Source of the DNA: an uncultured Parcubacteria group bacterium
GTDB taxonomy: Bacteria; Patescibacteriota; Patescibacteriia; UBA9934; CAMTUG01
Direction: 5' to 3'
Length of the DNA stretch: 64,000 nucleotides
NCBI GenBank assembly: GCA_947084965.1
Contig: CAMTUG010000001.1
Location: 211,914-275,913, forward strand
Positions 25,801 to 34,628 of this stretch are shown here, one piece after another (positions within the stretch are counted from its first letter, which is position 1; each line of letters starts with the position of its first letter). The translations under genes were made by a program, and so were the position numbers. Below the pieces are notes generated by a model. The model was not told the origin of the DNA. It saw only the letters and a program-made list of their open reading frames with translations, and did not search any database.

Positions 25801-28557
25801 GCCGTCTCAGCCGATCTTGGTTACAACGGCCTTGATGCAGCAGACGTAAGTGTTACGAATGGAGACAATGATGTCGCTGGTGTGGTCGTGACCGAGTCTG
25901 CAGCGTCAACAGATGTGACCGAAGGCGGAGCGACAGATACGTACACCCTCGTCTTGACCGCAGAACCGACTGAGGATGTCACCATCACGATAACTGCAGA
26001 CGCCTTGATCACTACAGACCTGTCTGAGGTCGTGTTTACCGCGCTGAACTGGAGCACCCCACAGACAGTTACGGTAAGTGCGGTTGATGATGACATCGCG
26101 TCTGGGGCTCTGACGCCTTCGATCAGTCACACAACGGACAGCTTGGACGGAGATTTCTCCGGACTGGTTGTGGCGGATGTCGTTGTCAATCGAGCGGATG
26201 ACGACTCTGCTGGTATTACGGTCGGAGCCATCTCTGGCGACACCACTGAAGCGGGCGGTACCGCCACCTTCACCGTTGTTCTTACTTCTGAACCGACCGC
26301 AAACGTGACGATCGATGTGAGTTCATCAGATACAACAGAAGGAACGGTTCTTCCAGCAACGTTGACCTTCACAGCGCTTGACTGGGACACTCCGCAAACG
26401 GTGACCGCGACCGGCGTGGACGATGATCTCGTCGATGGTTCCGTTCCTTATACGATTCTCCTTGATGCCTCTGTTTCGGTCGATCCAAATTATTCCGGGA
26501 TCAATCCAACCGACGTCGATGTAAACAACACCGATGACGATTCCGCCGGTGTTCTTGTAACCTCTTCGGGCGGATTGACCGAGGTCAGTGAAGCGGGTGC
26601 AACGGATACCTACACGATCGTTTTGACGGCTGAACCAACGGCGGACGTTGTAGTCTCGGTCAGCCCGGAGAGTCCGGTCGAAACGGATCTAAGCGAAATT
26701 ACCTTTACGTCTGGGAACTGGAGCGTTGCACAGACGATCACCGTTTCTGCCGAGGATGATTTCATCGCTCAAGGAACGCACGTCCATCCTATCGTTCACG
26801 GAACGTCTTCTCTCGACCTGGTGTTTGATGGTCTCGTCGTTTCTGATGTCAACGTCAGTGTCCTGGATAATGATACGGCCGCGATTACGGTCGGCGCGAT
26901 TTCTGGCGACACCACTGAAGTCGGCGGTACCGCCACCTTCACCGTTGTTCTTACTTCTGAACCGACCGCCGACGTGACGATCGATGTGAGTTCATCAGAT
27001 ACAACAGAAGGAACGGTTCTTCCAGCAACGCTGACCTTCACAGCGCTCAACTGGAGCACCCCACAAACGGTGACCGCGACCGGCGTGAATGACGCCGTTG
27101 ACGATGGTGATGTTGCCTACACCCTTGTCCTTGCTCCATCTGTATCAGACGACACGTCGTATGACGCGATCAATCCAGCTGATGTTGCTGCGGTCAACGA
27201 CGATGATGATACGGTCGGTATCACCCTGGTCGAAAGTGATGGCGAGACGATCGTAACGGAAGGGGGAGCAAGTGATGCCTACACCGTTGTGTTGAACAGC
27301 GAGCCGACCGCGAACGTCAACGTCTTTTTCATCGGGGATGGAGACGTGACCACATCGACCGCACAGATGATTTTTACTTCCCTGAATTGGAGCACCCCGC
27401 AGGCCTTGGTCGTTTCGGCCGTAGACGATTCGGCTGTGGAAGATACGGAGATGCACTCGATCTTGCACGTCGTTACTTCAGCAGACCCACTTTATGGCGA
27501 CGTTGATCTTGATGGTGTTCCGGTAACGGTTATCGATGATGATGAGGAAGAGGCCGAAGAGGAAGAGAGTGGTGGAAGCAGTGGCCGTGGGGGATCTCCC
27601 GTGGGATCAAACAGACCGACCATCGATATTCGTCGTCCTGCGGACGGGACCACCTACGCTCTCGGTTCATTGGGTGTGTCATGGACGTGGACCGGGACGA
27701 TTCCGTCGGTGAACGTGTACCTTTCCTGGGATAGCGGAACGACTTGGGCGCTCCAGCGCTACTTCATCACCAACACAGGACAAACGACGATTGTCCTCGA
27801 TCGGGAATCAACGACGGCTCGTGTGCGTGTGGAGGGAACGGATTTTATCCGATCGCTCACGAACGACCAGACCGGAACCTTCTCCGTTTCTGCAGACGCA
27901 TCTCCGATCGTCAACGAGGCGGATAGCGTCAATCAGGGCGGACTGACAGAAGAAGAGCAGATCGCCGCCATTGCTGCTCGTGTCGCCGCTCTGCCTTCAG
28001 TGATGACACTGCACGGACTCGTTAAGCTCGCTGATGACGGCAATCCTGAAACGCATAACGATACGACGGTGTATTACGTCGGTGCTGACGGGTATCGCCA
28101 CCCATTCCCGAATAGCCACGTCTTTGGAAGTTGGTTCTGCGTCGCCCCTGAGCTGGTTTCCAGTCTTGGGACGGTCCTGGCCGATCAGGTGACAGAAGTG
28201 ACACCTTCGCAGCTGGCGTCCGTGCCCCTTGGGCCGAACGTCACGTATCGCCCGGGGTACAAGATGGTGAAGTTCATCACCGATCCGCGCGTCTACGCGG
28301 TCGATGCGGACGGAAGTTTGCGATGGGTGCTCTCAGAGACCGATGCCCAGACGATTTACGGCGAGGAATGGCGATTCGAGATTTACGATATCGCCGACGT
28401 GTTCTATCGCAACTATCGGTTCGGTGTGCCGCTGACCGACCTTACCTGGGATCCAGAAGTTGTCCGACGTCAGGTGCGTTATCCGAGTGATGTCATGAAA
28501 ATCCCCGGATACCTTGTTGAACTTGCCGCTGAAACAGACCTTTGCCCGACGATGTAG
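19900..28557 (+). CDS. giant secreted surface protein (2885 aa): signal peptide, about 12 tandem 170-190-aa beta-helix/PATR-like repeats, 6 Calx-beta/cadherin-like domains, poly-Glu linker, C-terminal domain
   Basis: N-terminal signal MFKRFVCLLGVLSAVFIFAGAEPVHA. Reiterated ...GGTFNASSG...FTHTAGGTFNHNNGSITIDGS...YNLTINNTSTSA...TLNVNN... units. C-terminal reiterated ...ISGDTTEAGGTATFTVVLTSEPTADVTIDVSSSDTTEGTV...LTFTALNW.TPQTVTATGVDDD... Then EEEAEEEESGGSSGRGG. Copies at 26221-26420 and 26886-27085 are near-identical at the DNA level. Confidence 0.8.
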   Translation: MFKRFVCLLGVLSAVFIFAGAEPVHAAAYTWDGGGSTNNWSDCLNWSTNVCPVGADTVTFDATSTKNASIDASWGGSITGITIASGYSGTVSVDRSLAVSGAFSIAAGAFNGTSQSIDFNGSVTISGGTFTASSGSMTMAGGFTHTAGGTFAHNNGSITMDGSTAFTWNVAVTEELYNLTINNTSTSAITVASGDTLNVNNTLTFTDGSIATGTIAGKGATIVVDAGWGTGSNSSGTLLVNGGGAQTVTIAPQSNASFEAFDQLTLNNALASITGTGGAGAIGLDKITLTAGTLNVTGYTLIANETMTINGGTLTLGTTGTSTIGSTFNLSAGIFNGGSATVDFNGTVTISGGTFNASSGLQTMDSNFTHTAGGTFNHGNGSITIDGSTAVTWDVSTTENLYNLTINNTSTSAMTVASGDTLNVNNNATFTDGGIITGTIAVKGPAVSIGTNFGFSAFSNGTLTINGSGAQTVTMAVLAGAGFEPFDQIILNNAAATFGGTGAAGTLAFDKVTVTAGVFDMTGYTFSANEAVVVNGGTMTMGTSGTNTFSGTFSLSSGTFNGGSGNVNDFNSTITISGGTFNASSATTTAAGDYTHSAGGVFNHNNGLFTIDGSSGSTIDIGTTETFYDLTINNSATTALTLTSGTTLNVNNALTLTDGGWLSGTIAAKGPTTTIGAGFGFATIAAGTLTINGVGVQSVTMAALAAGFEPVDQLTINNASATLTGTGASGVLAFDKVTVTAGLFDATGYTVSINEPVIINGGTMTMGNSGTNTFNGTFAISSGTFNGSAATLDFNSTVTVSGGIMNFSSTVTSLAGTYTHTAGGTVNYNGTTLTIDGGSGSTWDVSTNETVPALTVAKTGSATWTIATGDTMIVTGTTLLTDGELSTGAISARGDVTVSSTWDGGAGTSVLSLDGSGVVVMTHTNGGNNTEPANTLIVNNANATVNMPATGASFVWGLDIRAGVVNVNGGDLTVGSTYTQSGGTFNGGAGSVTTSTTYTLSGGTFNAPSGTLNLVDDFTHTAGGTFNHNNGLVKTINAVDLTFDFNVSETFYNFESSKTTNWQTIITSGDSLIVLNTATLTDGRIMTGTLEIKNTLSIASTYDYGNASLTFSGTVDQTFTLPSGQSASWDMPALTVNKASGTLTFGSDVTLDCGGTSCNLVLQQGVLSLNGFGLRVNDFSISNGTFISGASTVDIDDDLTITGGTFNATTGTTIIGGDFTHTAGGVFNHNNGTVEFDTSNDQTINVNVNETFYTVRISKNGFQQTITAGDTITVLGNLLLTDGRFGTGTIDMQGAATTIASTYDPSDVTLKFTGTAAQTLDLTGAAAVFDGPVTIDKPSGEVALLSALTMDTSSRTLTLQSGTLNRNGFALTVHHYTQTGGTFSSSAGNVDVNGTFTLSGGTFSASSGTTFFGGAYTHTAGGTFDHNNGRVEFDTAVDITADVIGSETFYDLAITKAGNLVTLGAGDTLIATGDLYLTDGRFGGGTIEARGNVTVASTFDIGNAAYTFTGSAVQTFTLGVAANIDGDVTVNKSGGSVVQVGTLTLNAASQDLTIVSGTYDLNGSNLTVNGSSGTLVVQNGGVLQLQGGEVVTLNVSNPTFQAGSLARYTGTVGPYTLKNWTYRSITVDGGAASVFALPGALSLPADLTITSGIVSLGGNALTVSGTFSNDGTLRLRGNETVTLTNDADSGTVEYVGDGDAAADAYVLQNWPYYHLTLAFVDALDSASAGGTPLDINGSFTLSAGTFTAPATMTVAGNFAHSGGVFTHNNGTVVLDGLNQTVSGTTTFNHFTKSVSSAATLTLPATATQTFVGTMTLTGASGQRLSLRSSTPGVQALIDPQGTRTVSYLDVQDNNNANATMIVCSTGCVEGTNVTNWSFTTPGITVGAISGDTTEAGGTATFTVVLESEPTADVTIGVSSSDVTEGTVDPASLTFTSLNWDTPQTVTVTGTDDFVIDGSVVFSIVLEPAVSADLGYNGLDAADVSVTNGDNDVAGVVVTESAASTDVTEGGATDTYTLVLTAEPTEDVTITITADALITTDLSEVVFTALNWSTPQTVTVSAVDDDIASGALTPSISHTTDSLDGDFSGLVVADVVVNRADDDSAGITVGAISGDTTEAGGTATFTVVLTSEPTANVTIDVSSSDTTEGTVLPATLTFTALDWDTPQTVTATGVDDDLVDGSVPYTILLDASVSVDPNYSGINPTDVDVNNTDDDSAGVLVTSSGGLTEVSEAGATDTYTIVLTAEPTADVVVSVSPESPVETDLSEITFTSGNWSVAQTITVSAEDDFIAQGTHVHPIVHGTSSLDLVFDGLVVSDVNVSVLDNDTAAITVGAISGDTTEVGGTATFTVVLTSEPTADVTIDVSSSDTTEGTVLPATLTFTALNWSTPQTVTATGVNDAVDDGDVAYTLVLAPSVSDDTSYDAINPADVAAVNDDDDTVGITLVESDGETIVTEGGASDAYTVVLNSEPTANVNVFFIGDGDVTTSTAQMIFTSLNWSTPQALVVSAVDDSAVEDTEMHSILHVVTSADPLYGDVDLDGVPVTVIDDDEEEAEEEESGGSSGRGGSPVGSNRPTIDIRRPADGTTYALGSLGVSWTWTGTIPSVNVYLSWDSGTTWALQRYFITNTGQTTIVLDRESTTARVRVEGTDFIRSLTNDQTGTFSVSADASPIVNEADSVNQGGLTEEEQIAAIAARVAALPSVMTLHGLVKLADDGNPETHNDTTVYYVGADGYRHPFPNSHVFGSWFCVAPELVSSLGTVLADQVTEVTPSQLASVPLGPNVTYRPGYKMVKFITDPRVYAVDADGSLRWVLSETDAQTIYGEEWRFEIYDIADVFYRNYRFGVPLTDLTWDPEVVRRQVRYPSDVMKIPGYLVELAAETDLCPTM

Positions 28558-28559
28558 TT

Positions 28560-29279
28560 ATGGGCATTGCTCTGAAGATCGATACTCTCCAGAAAACGTA
28601 CAAAACCGGGACGCAGGCGCTCAAAGGTGTGTCCTTTACAGTGCAAGCCGGGGAGATGTTCGCCCTGCTTGGGGCGAACGGGGCAGGGAAGACGACCTTG
28701 ATCGGCGTGCTGTGCGGGCTGGTTGCCAAAACAGGCGGCAAGGCCGAGGTATTCGGGATCGATATCGATGCGGAGCCGGAAGAGGCCCGCCGCCTGATCG
28801 GCGTTGTGCCGCAAGAATTCAACTTCAATATTTTTGAGCGGGTCATTGATATCGTTGTCGATGCTGCCGGGTATTACGGCGTGCCGCGTTCGGTCGCCAC
28901 TCCGCGAGCAGAGAAACTACTGAAAGATCTCGGGCTCTGGGAAAAGCGTCACGTTGCTTCGCGTACGCTCTCGGGGGGAATGAAGCGTCGATTGCTGATT
29001 GCACGTGCCTTGGTGCATCAACCGAAGTTGTTATTGCTCGACGAACCTTCCGCGGGTGTGGACGTGGAGTTGCGTCGTGGGATGTGGGAGTTCATCAGCA
29101 GCTTGAATGCGCAGGGGACGACGGTGATCCTTACGACGCATTATTTGGAAGAAGCAGAAAAGCTGTGCAAGCGCGTGGTGATTTTGAAGCAGGGTGTCGT
29201 TGCCAAGGAAGGGGAGATCGCTGCGCTTGTTGCCGCGTCCGGAGAAAAGAATCTTGAAGATTTCTATTTAAGCGTATGA
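28560..29279 (+). CDS. ABC transporter ATP-binding protein (ABC-2 exporter type)
   Basis: Walker A GANGAGKTT, signature LSGGMKRR, Walker B LLLDEPSAGVD. ATG at 28560 follows the giant gene's stop. The stop overlaps the permease start. Confidence 0.85.
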   Translation: MGIALKIDTLQKTYKTGTQALKGVSFTVQAGEMFALLGANGAGKTTLIGVLCGLVAKTGGKAEVFGIDIDAEPEEARRLIGVVPQEFNFNIFERVIDIVVDAAGYYGVPRSVATPRAEKLLKDLGLWEKRHVASRTLSGGMKRRLLIARALVHQPKLLLLDEPSAGVDVELRRGMWEFISSLNAQGTTVILTTHYLEEAEKLCKRVVILKQGVVAKEGEIAALVAASGEKNLEDFYLSV

Positions 29280-30046
29280 TCCGTCCTTCCTTGGTGGGTG
29301 CGGCGACGATCTTCCGCAAAGAAACGGTACGCGTGTTTCGTATTTGGACGCAGACGATTCTACCATCCGTTGTTTCTCAGACGCTCTACTTTGCGATCTT
29401 CGGCGGGATCATTGGTTCAAAGATCGGGGAAGTCGGCGGAGCAAGTTATGCCGCTTTTCTCGTTCCTGGTCTGATCATGATGTCATCGATCACCAACGCT
29501 TTTAGTAACGTCGCGAGTTCGTTTTTCGGTGCTAAGTTTCAACGCTCGATCGAGGAAATTCTCGTTTCGCCGATGAAGCCGTGGGCCGTGCTGGCAGGAT
29601 ACATCTCCGGTGGGGTCATGCGCGGCATGGTCGTCGCCTTGGCGGTTTTTCTCGTCTCGATCGCCTTTGTTCACCCTACAGTTGCTCACGCAGTTCCACT
29701 GATCTTCTTTATCTTCATTACCTGTCTCATCTTCTCTCTTCTCGGGTTTTTGAACGGGATGTTCGCGCGCAAGTTTGATGACGTGGGAATCGTCCCGGTT
29801 TTCGTGCTCACGCCGCTCACATATCTCGGCGGGGTATTTTACAGCTTGGATTCACTGCCGTCGTTCTGGCGCTCCCTGTCCTACGTCAATCCGATCGTCT
29901 ATATGATTGATGGGTTTCGTTACGGGTTCGGTGGTGTTGCCGCAACGTCGGTGCTTGCAAGCGCCGTTGTGCTGACTCTTGTCGCTGTCATTCTTGTCGT
30001 GATCAACCTTACATTGCTACGTCGCGGAATCGGCCTCAAATCATAA
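29276..30046 (+). CDS. ABC-2 family transporter permease
   Basis: Six predicted TM helices. Translationally coupled to the ATPase (ATGA overlap). Confidence 0.75.
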   Translation: MIRPSLVGAATIFRKETVRVFRIWTQTILPSVVSQTLYFAIFGGIIGSKIGEVGGASYAAFLVPGLIMMSSITNAFSNVASSFFGAKFQRSIEEILVSPMKPWAVLAGYISGGVMRGMVVALAVFLVSIAFVHPTVAHAVPLIFFIFITCLIFSLLGFLNGMFARKFDDVGIVPVFVLTPLTYLGGVFYSLDSLPSFWRSLSYVNPIVYMIDGFRYGFGGVAATSVLASAVVLTLVAVILVVINLTLLRRGIGLKS

Positions 30047-30097
30047 ATGTCTATTTTTGTGCTACACTGAGAGGAGTTTATTAACTAACTTCTTTTT

Positions 30098-30349
30098 ATG
30101 GGGATCATCCTTTGGATCATCTTCGGCGGGATCGTGGGCTGGATCGCTTCGATGCTCATGGGTACCAACGCGCAGATGGGACTGCTCATGAACGTGATCG
30201 TCGGTGTGATCGGGGCGATGCTCGGGGGCTGGATCTTTTCCATGCTCGGTGAAACGGGGGTCACAGGCTTCAACATTTGGAGTTTGATGGTCGCGGTGAT
30301 CGGTGCGGTCGTTTTGCTCGGGATCGTACGTTTGGTCCGAGGCAAATAA
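30098..30349 (+). CDS. GlsB/YeaQ/YmgE family (transglycosylase-associated) small membrane protein
   Basis: 83 aa with GGIVGWIASMLMG...GVIGAMLGGWIF...AVIGAVVLLGIV glycine-zipper TM repeats typical of this family. Confidence 0.7.
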   Translation: MGIILWIIFGGIVGWIASMLMGTNAQMGLLMNVIVGVIGAMLGGWIFSMLGETGVTGFNIWSLMVAVIGAVVLLGIVRLVRGK

Positions 30350-30367
30350 GGGACTTGCCCGTTTCTA

Positions 30368-30396
30368 CAAAACCTCCATTATTTTGGAGGTTTTGT
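30368..30396 (+). terminator. intrinsic terminator ACAAAACCTCCattattttGGAGGTTTTGT
   Basis: Perfect 11-bp stem with a U-rich 3' side. Confidence 0.65.
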
Positions 30397-30418
30397 GATA
30401 AGATGAGGGAATTCAATT

Positions 30419-32056
30419 ATGGCCAAAAAGTCTAGTACCAGTGCATTAACGGCGGAACAGCACGCGGCCCAGGACAAGCGCTATGCCGAAGGGCACGAGT
30501 ATGATTATGTGATTATCGGGACGGGAAGTGCGGCGTTAACGGTCGGATCCTTGCTTGCCCATGCCGGACACAAAGTCTGTCTGCTCGAAGCACATGATAT
30601 TCCGGGCGGGTACTGCCAAACGTTCCGCACCGGAGATTTTCACTTCTGTGCCCAGGTTCATTACATCTGGGGTTGTGCCCCGGGCGGCCGTATCTACGAG
30701 TTTTTGAAACACATCGGGTTAGAGAAGGAGATCACCTTCTCGCTCTTCGACAAAGAAGGATACGATCACATGGTCATGCCTGATGGCACCCGAGTGAAAA
30801 TTCCGTACGGATGGGACAAGCTCGTGGAAAGCATCTGTTCGCACTATCCGGATCAGCGTGCCCCCATGAAAAAGTTTGTGAACGTGATGAAAACGTTGCG
30901 CGCCGAGTTTCATCATCTGCCAGAAGGGGAACCAAAGTGGTGGCAGTACTTGCAGGCCTACAAAGTGCCGACGATTCTAAAGTACAAAATGTCGACCCTG
31001 CAGGATCTGTTTGATGAGTGCCGATTGAGCAAAGAGGCTCAAGCGGTTTTGTGCGCCCAGGCCGGGGACTTCATGGAACCGCCAGAGCGGTTGTCGCTTC
31101 TCATGTACGTGGCGCTCTTTGGTGGTTACAACACCGGTGCCTACGCTCCAACCAAACATTTCAAGTATTATGTCGACCGATTAGCACAATCGATTACAGA
31201 CCAGGCAGGCTGTCACATCTATTACGAAACAGAGGTGACCAAGGTGAACGTCGAAGGCGATCGGGTGGTCAGTGTCGGTACGGCCAACGGAAAGACGTTC
31301 ACGGCCAAGAATTTTATTTGTAACGCGGATCCGAAAAAGATGTCCGAGATTATCGGTCGGGAAAAGTTCCCGGCGGGCGAGCAGAAGAAACTCGATTACA
31401 CCTATTCTCCAGCCGGGGTGATGATCTACCTTGGGCTCAAAGATATCGACCTGCGCAAGTACGGATTCGGTTCGTTCAACATCTGGCATTTGGAGGACTG
31501 GGACATGAACAAGATGTGGAAAGAGATGGGGAAGGTCAATTTTGAAAAGCCGTGGATCTTTATGTCCACGCCAACGCTTCACTCAGAGGAAGGTGGGACA
31601 ACGCCCGGCCCGGATCATCAGATTTTGGAGATCGCCGCTTATACCGAATACAAACCGTTCAAAGATGCCCAGAATCGCAGTTACGCAGAGTACGCCAAGC
31701 TGAAGCAGAAGATCGCGGAGCGGATGATCGATATCGTCGAAGAAAAATATATCCCTGAGCTGCGCAAACACATCGTGGTCAAAACGGTTGGTACCTCCAC
31801 GACCAACGAGGATTTTATCTTGGCGCCGACAGGGAATGCGTATGGGGCGACGATGACCCCAGAGCAGGTGACCAAGGTGCGCTTAAAAGCAAAAACGCCG
31901 TTTGAAAATTTCTGGTGGTGTAATGCTTCGAGCGGCTGGGCCGGGATGTATGGCACGGTCACGACGGGGGTGCAGTTGTACGAAGATTTAACGGGAGACC
32001 GATTTTACGTTCACAAAAAGGCGAAGTCAGACGACGACATGATCGCCGCGCTTTAA
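30419..32056 (+). CDS. FAD/NAD(P)-binding oxidoreductase of the amine-oxidase / phytoene-desaturase (CrtI-like) superfamily
   Basis: YDYVIIGTGSAALTVGSLLAHAGHKVCLLEAHDIPGGY dinucleotide-binding motif. 545 aa. Specific substrate not inferable. Confidence 0.6.
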   Translation: MAKKSSTSALTAEQHAAQDKRYAEGHEYDYVIIGTGSAALTVGSLLAHAGHKVCLLEAHDIPGGYCQTFRTGDFHFCAQVHYIWGCAPGGRIYEFLKHIGLEKEITFSLFDKEGYDHMVMPDGTRVKIPYGWDKLVESICSHYPDQRAPMKKFVNVMKTLRAEFHHLPEGEPKWWQYLQAYKVPTILKYKMSTLQDLFDECRLSKEAQAVLCAQAGDFMEPPERLSLLMYVALFGGYNTGAYAPTKHFKYYVDRLAQSITDQAGCHIYYETEVTKVNVEGDRVVSVGTANGKTFTAKNFICNADPKKMSEIIGREKFPAGEQKKLDYTYSPAGVMIYLGLKDIDLRKYGFGSFNIWHLEDWDMNKMWKEMGKVNFEKPWIFMSTPTLHSEEGGTTPGPDHQILEIAAYTEYKPFKDAQNRSYAEYAKLKQKIAERMIDIVEEKYIPELRKHIVVKTVGTSTTNEDFILAPTGNAYGATMTPEQVTKVRLKAKTPFENFWWCNASSGWAGMYGTVTTGVQLYEDLTGDRFYVHKKAKSDDDMIAAL

Positions 32057-33327
32057 GATCTCTCGATACTCAAGCAAACTTGCTTGGCGACGCGCTGACC
32101 GCAACGGAGCGCTCCTTCGGTCCATGGGCTGTTCAAGTAATCGCCGCAGAGGAAGACGTGATTGGCGCCTTGGCCCGTGCTATCCATAAATGTTTTGACC
32201 CGAGTTAAATGACCGTGCGAGAACTTCGGCATCGCTTCCGGCCAGCGCTGGAGGTCAAATGACTCGAGATCTTGCGTTCCATCGAACCACGGGCAAACCC
32301 GGGTGAGTTCTTGTTTCACGGCGGCGAAAATCTCTTCGTCTGTTTTTTCCATCAGCGTCTTGGCAAATGCTTCGTGGAGCCAGGTGGAGATGAGTGACTT
32401 TCCGTCGTGTACCAACTCGTCGCCTTTCATCGCTTCGTTAACGTAGCCCGAGATTTGATTGCTCTCGACAAACGGCACCCAAACGATCGCCGTGTCTGGG
32501 AGCTTTTTGCGGTCAACGCGGAAGGCGACGCTGATCGTTGCGGCGTAGTGCGATTGATCGAGGAGGTCGCGTTGATGTTCGGTTGGATTTTTATAAAACG
32601 TTTTTGTTTGTGTGGCCTGGCTGGCGATGACTACCGCATCAAACGTTTCGCCATCAACGACAACCTGATTGCCTCCGATGACTTCTGCTACCGGATGATT
32701 CAATCGCACGTCGAGGTGTGAAGCAAAGGCATCAGGGAGTGCTTGCATGCCGCCCACGGTGCGATGTAAGTCCCATCGCGCCTGGTCTTGCCTGATCGAG
32801 CGCATAATGCCGAAGAGCGCCCCAACGGAAATCTCTTCCGCTCGGTGAAATTGATACGTTGAGGTAAAGGCATCAACAAAATAATCACTGACCTCTTTTC
32901 CTGCGCGTCGTTTCATGAACGCATAGGCGTTGTCTTTGTCATGATCAACAAAGTTATTGAGATCAAAAAAGTCATGCACATCCGGCGTCAGGAGATACTG
33001 CATCGCCATGCGCATCTTTGAAAACGTGCTGATCGCATCTTTCATCGCCAACACCTTGCCGCTGCGAAAAATACCGTACTTTAAAAAGCGCATCTTTTCC
33101 CAGGGGATGCCAAACTCTGTACAGTACGCTTTGATCGCGTCATAGAGGTCACACAGATGATCGGCGCCGATGTCAAAGATGAATCCGTCTTTAATCCGCG
33201 ACGCCATCCGTCCGCCGACATGGTCGTTCTTTTCAAAGACAACGACGGTATTCCCAGCGCGTTGAAGTTCGTAGGCACAGACGAGGCCACTGATTCCAGC
33301 TCCAATAACCGCGATCTTCTTGTTCAT
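32053..33327 (-). CDS. FAD-dependent amine-oxidase / protoporphyrinogen-oxidase-like oxidoreductase
   Basis: IAVIGAGISGLVCAYELQRAGNTVVVFEKNDHVGGR Rossmann motif. Convergent with the previous gene, with a 4-nt stop overlap. Confidence 0.6.
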   Translation of the reverse strand: MNKKIAVIGAGISGLVCAYELQRAGNTVVVFEKNDHVGGRMASRIKDGFIFDIGADHLCDLYDAIKAYCTEFGIPWEKMRFLKYGIFRSGKVLAMKDAISTFSKMRMAMQYLLTPDVHDFFDLNNFVDHDKDNAYAFMKRRAGKEVSDYFVDAFTSTYQFHRAEEISVGALFGIMRSIRQDQARWDLHRTVGGMQALPDAFASHLDVRLNHPVAEVIGGNQVVVDGETFDAVVIASQATQTKTFYKNPTEHQRDLLDQSHYAATISVAFRVDRKKLPDTAIVWVPFVESNQISGYVNEAMKGDELVHDGKSLISTWLHEAFAKTLMEKTDEEIFAAVKQELTRVCPWFDGTQDLESFDLQRWPEAMPKFSHGHLTRVKTFMDSTGQGANHVFLCGDYLNSPWTEGALRCGQRVAKQVCLSIERS

Positions 33328-33377
33328 ACCCGTACATCCTACAACTCTGACGGGTTTTCTGCTATAACACCTTCATT

Positions 33378-34385
33378 ATGCATGCGCTTTTACCCACACT
33401 CATCAAAAACCTTAAGGATACGCTTGATTTAGCGATCTGCCACACACCTGACCACCGAGCGCTGGTCGTCTACGACCGTCAGTCGCCACTGGCGGCATTG
33501 ATTACGGAAGGCTACAAAGCCGTACTCCCGAAGGCGACCTTTCTTGATTTTGAAGAAGCTGGGGCCGATGAAATCCGTGCTCTGATGAACACACTTGCTC
33601 CACGTGATCTGGTCGTTCTGATCCAATCGACTTCGTTTCGTCTGAATGACTTTCGTTTTCGTCTTGAACTGTTCAATCGCTCGCTCGCCGTGATCGAACA
33701 CCCACACCTCGGCCGCATGCCGGAAGGGGAGCATCAAACGTACGTTGACTCGCTAGCCTACGATATCAACTATTACCGCACCGTCGGCCCGAAGCTGAAG
33801 GCGATGATCGACATCGCCAAGCGCGTTGTTGTTTCTTGCGAAGGAACAGAGCTTGTCTATGACGGCCCGTTGGAGTCCGGCAAACTGAACACTGGCGACT
33901 ACACCGGGATGAAAAATATCGGTGGACAGTTTCCGATCGGGGAAGTCTTCACAGAATTGGTCGACCTGTCGCAGGTCAACGGGCAGGTGAAGATCTTTGC
34001 GTTCGCCAATCGCGAGTTCCGTGTGATCGTTCCGGAGATTCCGGTGCTGGCCACGATTGAAAAGGGGATCATCACCAAAACAGAAAACGCCACAGAGGAG
34101 TTTATCTCCATCCTCGATCAAATCCGCACCGATGAATTACTCACCATTCGCGAACTCGGCTTTGGGATGAATCGGGCGATGACCCGCAGGCGAACGCTGG
34201 CCGACATCGGGAGTTATGAACGGATGTGCGGCATTCATCTTTCGCTCGGAGCCAAGCATACGATTTACGCCAAACCAGGATTTTCCAAACGCCAAAGCCG
34301 TTACCATGTCGACGTCTTTGTGGACGTTACAACAGTCACGATCGACGGGATAACGGTCTTTAAAGACGGGGCGTACACGGTGTGA
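33378..34385 (+). CDS. hypothetical protein (335 aa)
   Basis: Long frame with normal codon usage. No motif recognised by eye. Confidence 0.5.
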   Translation: MHALLPTLIKNLKDTLDLAICHTPDHRALVVYDRQSPLAALITEGYKAVLPKATFLDFEEAGADEIRALMNTLAPRDLVVLIQSTSFRLNDFRFRLELFNRSLAVIEHPHLGRMPEGEHQTYVDSLAYDINYYRTVGPKLKAMIDIAKRVVVSCEGTELVYDGPLESGKLNTGDYTGMKNIGGQFPIGEVFTELVDLSQVNGQVKIFAFANREFRVIVPEIPVLATIEKGIITKTENATEEFISILDQIRTDELLTIRELGFGMNRAMTRRRTLADIGSYERMCGIHLSLGAKHTIYAKPGFSKRQSRYHVDVFVDVTTVTIDGITVFKDGAYTV

Positions 34386-34398
34386 TATTATAAATCAT

Positions 34399-34620
34399 AT
34401 GGCAGAACAAACGTTCGACCAGGAACGGGCAACTCGGACCAACCGCGAACTGATCGCCGAAGCGCAGCGTATCCGCGACCTTTTGAGTAAGGAAGTGATC
34501 GATTATTATTGGGAGGCACCAACATCCGAAGCAGAGGAGCGCGAATACCATGACGGTATGCGTAAGTTTTTGCGCCAGGCCGTTGAACGGATCGACGATC
34601 TTTTGCGCAGGCTTGCTTAA
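34399..34620 (+). CDS. small hypothetical helical protein (73 aa)
   Basis: Starts 14 nt after the upstream stop. Charged helical composition. Confidence 0.4.
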   Translation: MAEQTFDQERATRTNRELIAEAQRIRDLLSKEVIDYYWEAPTSEAEEREYHDGMRKFLRQAVERIDDLLRRLA

Positions 34621-34628
34621 CCCTTTTT

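Noticed and set aside
20100-27500. Regular about 500-bp and about 330-bp periodicities inside 19900-28557 that could be mistaken for a CRISPR or tandem-repeat array
   Set aside because: The repeats are long (>300 bp), diverged and in-frame within one continuous ORF that encodes recognisable beta-helix and Calx-beta-like protein modules. There are no short direct repeats with unique spacers and no cas genes.
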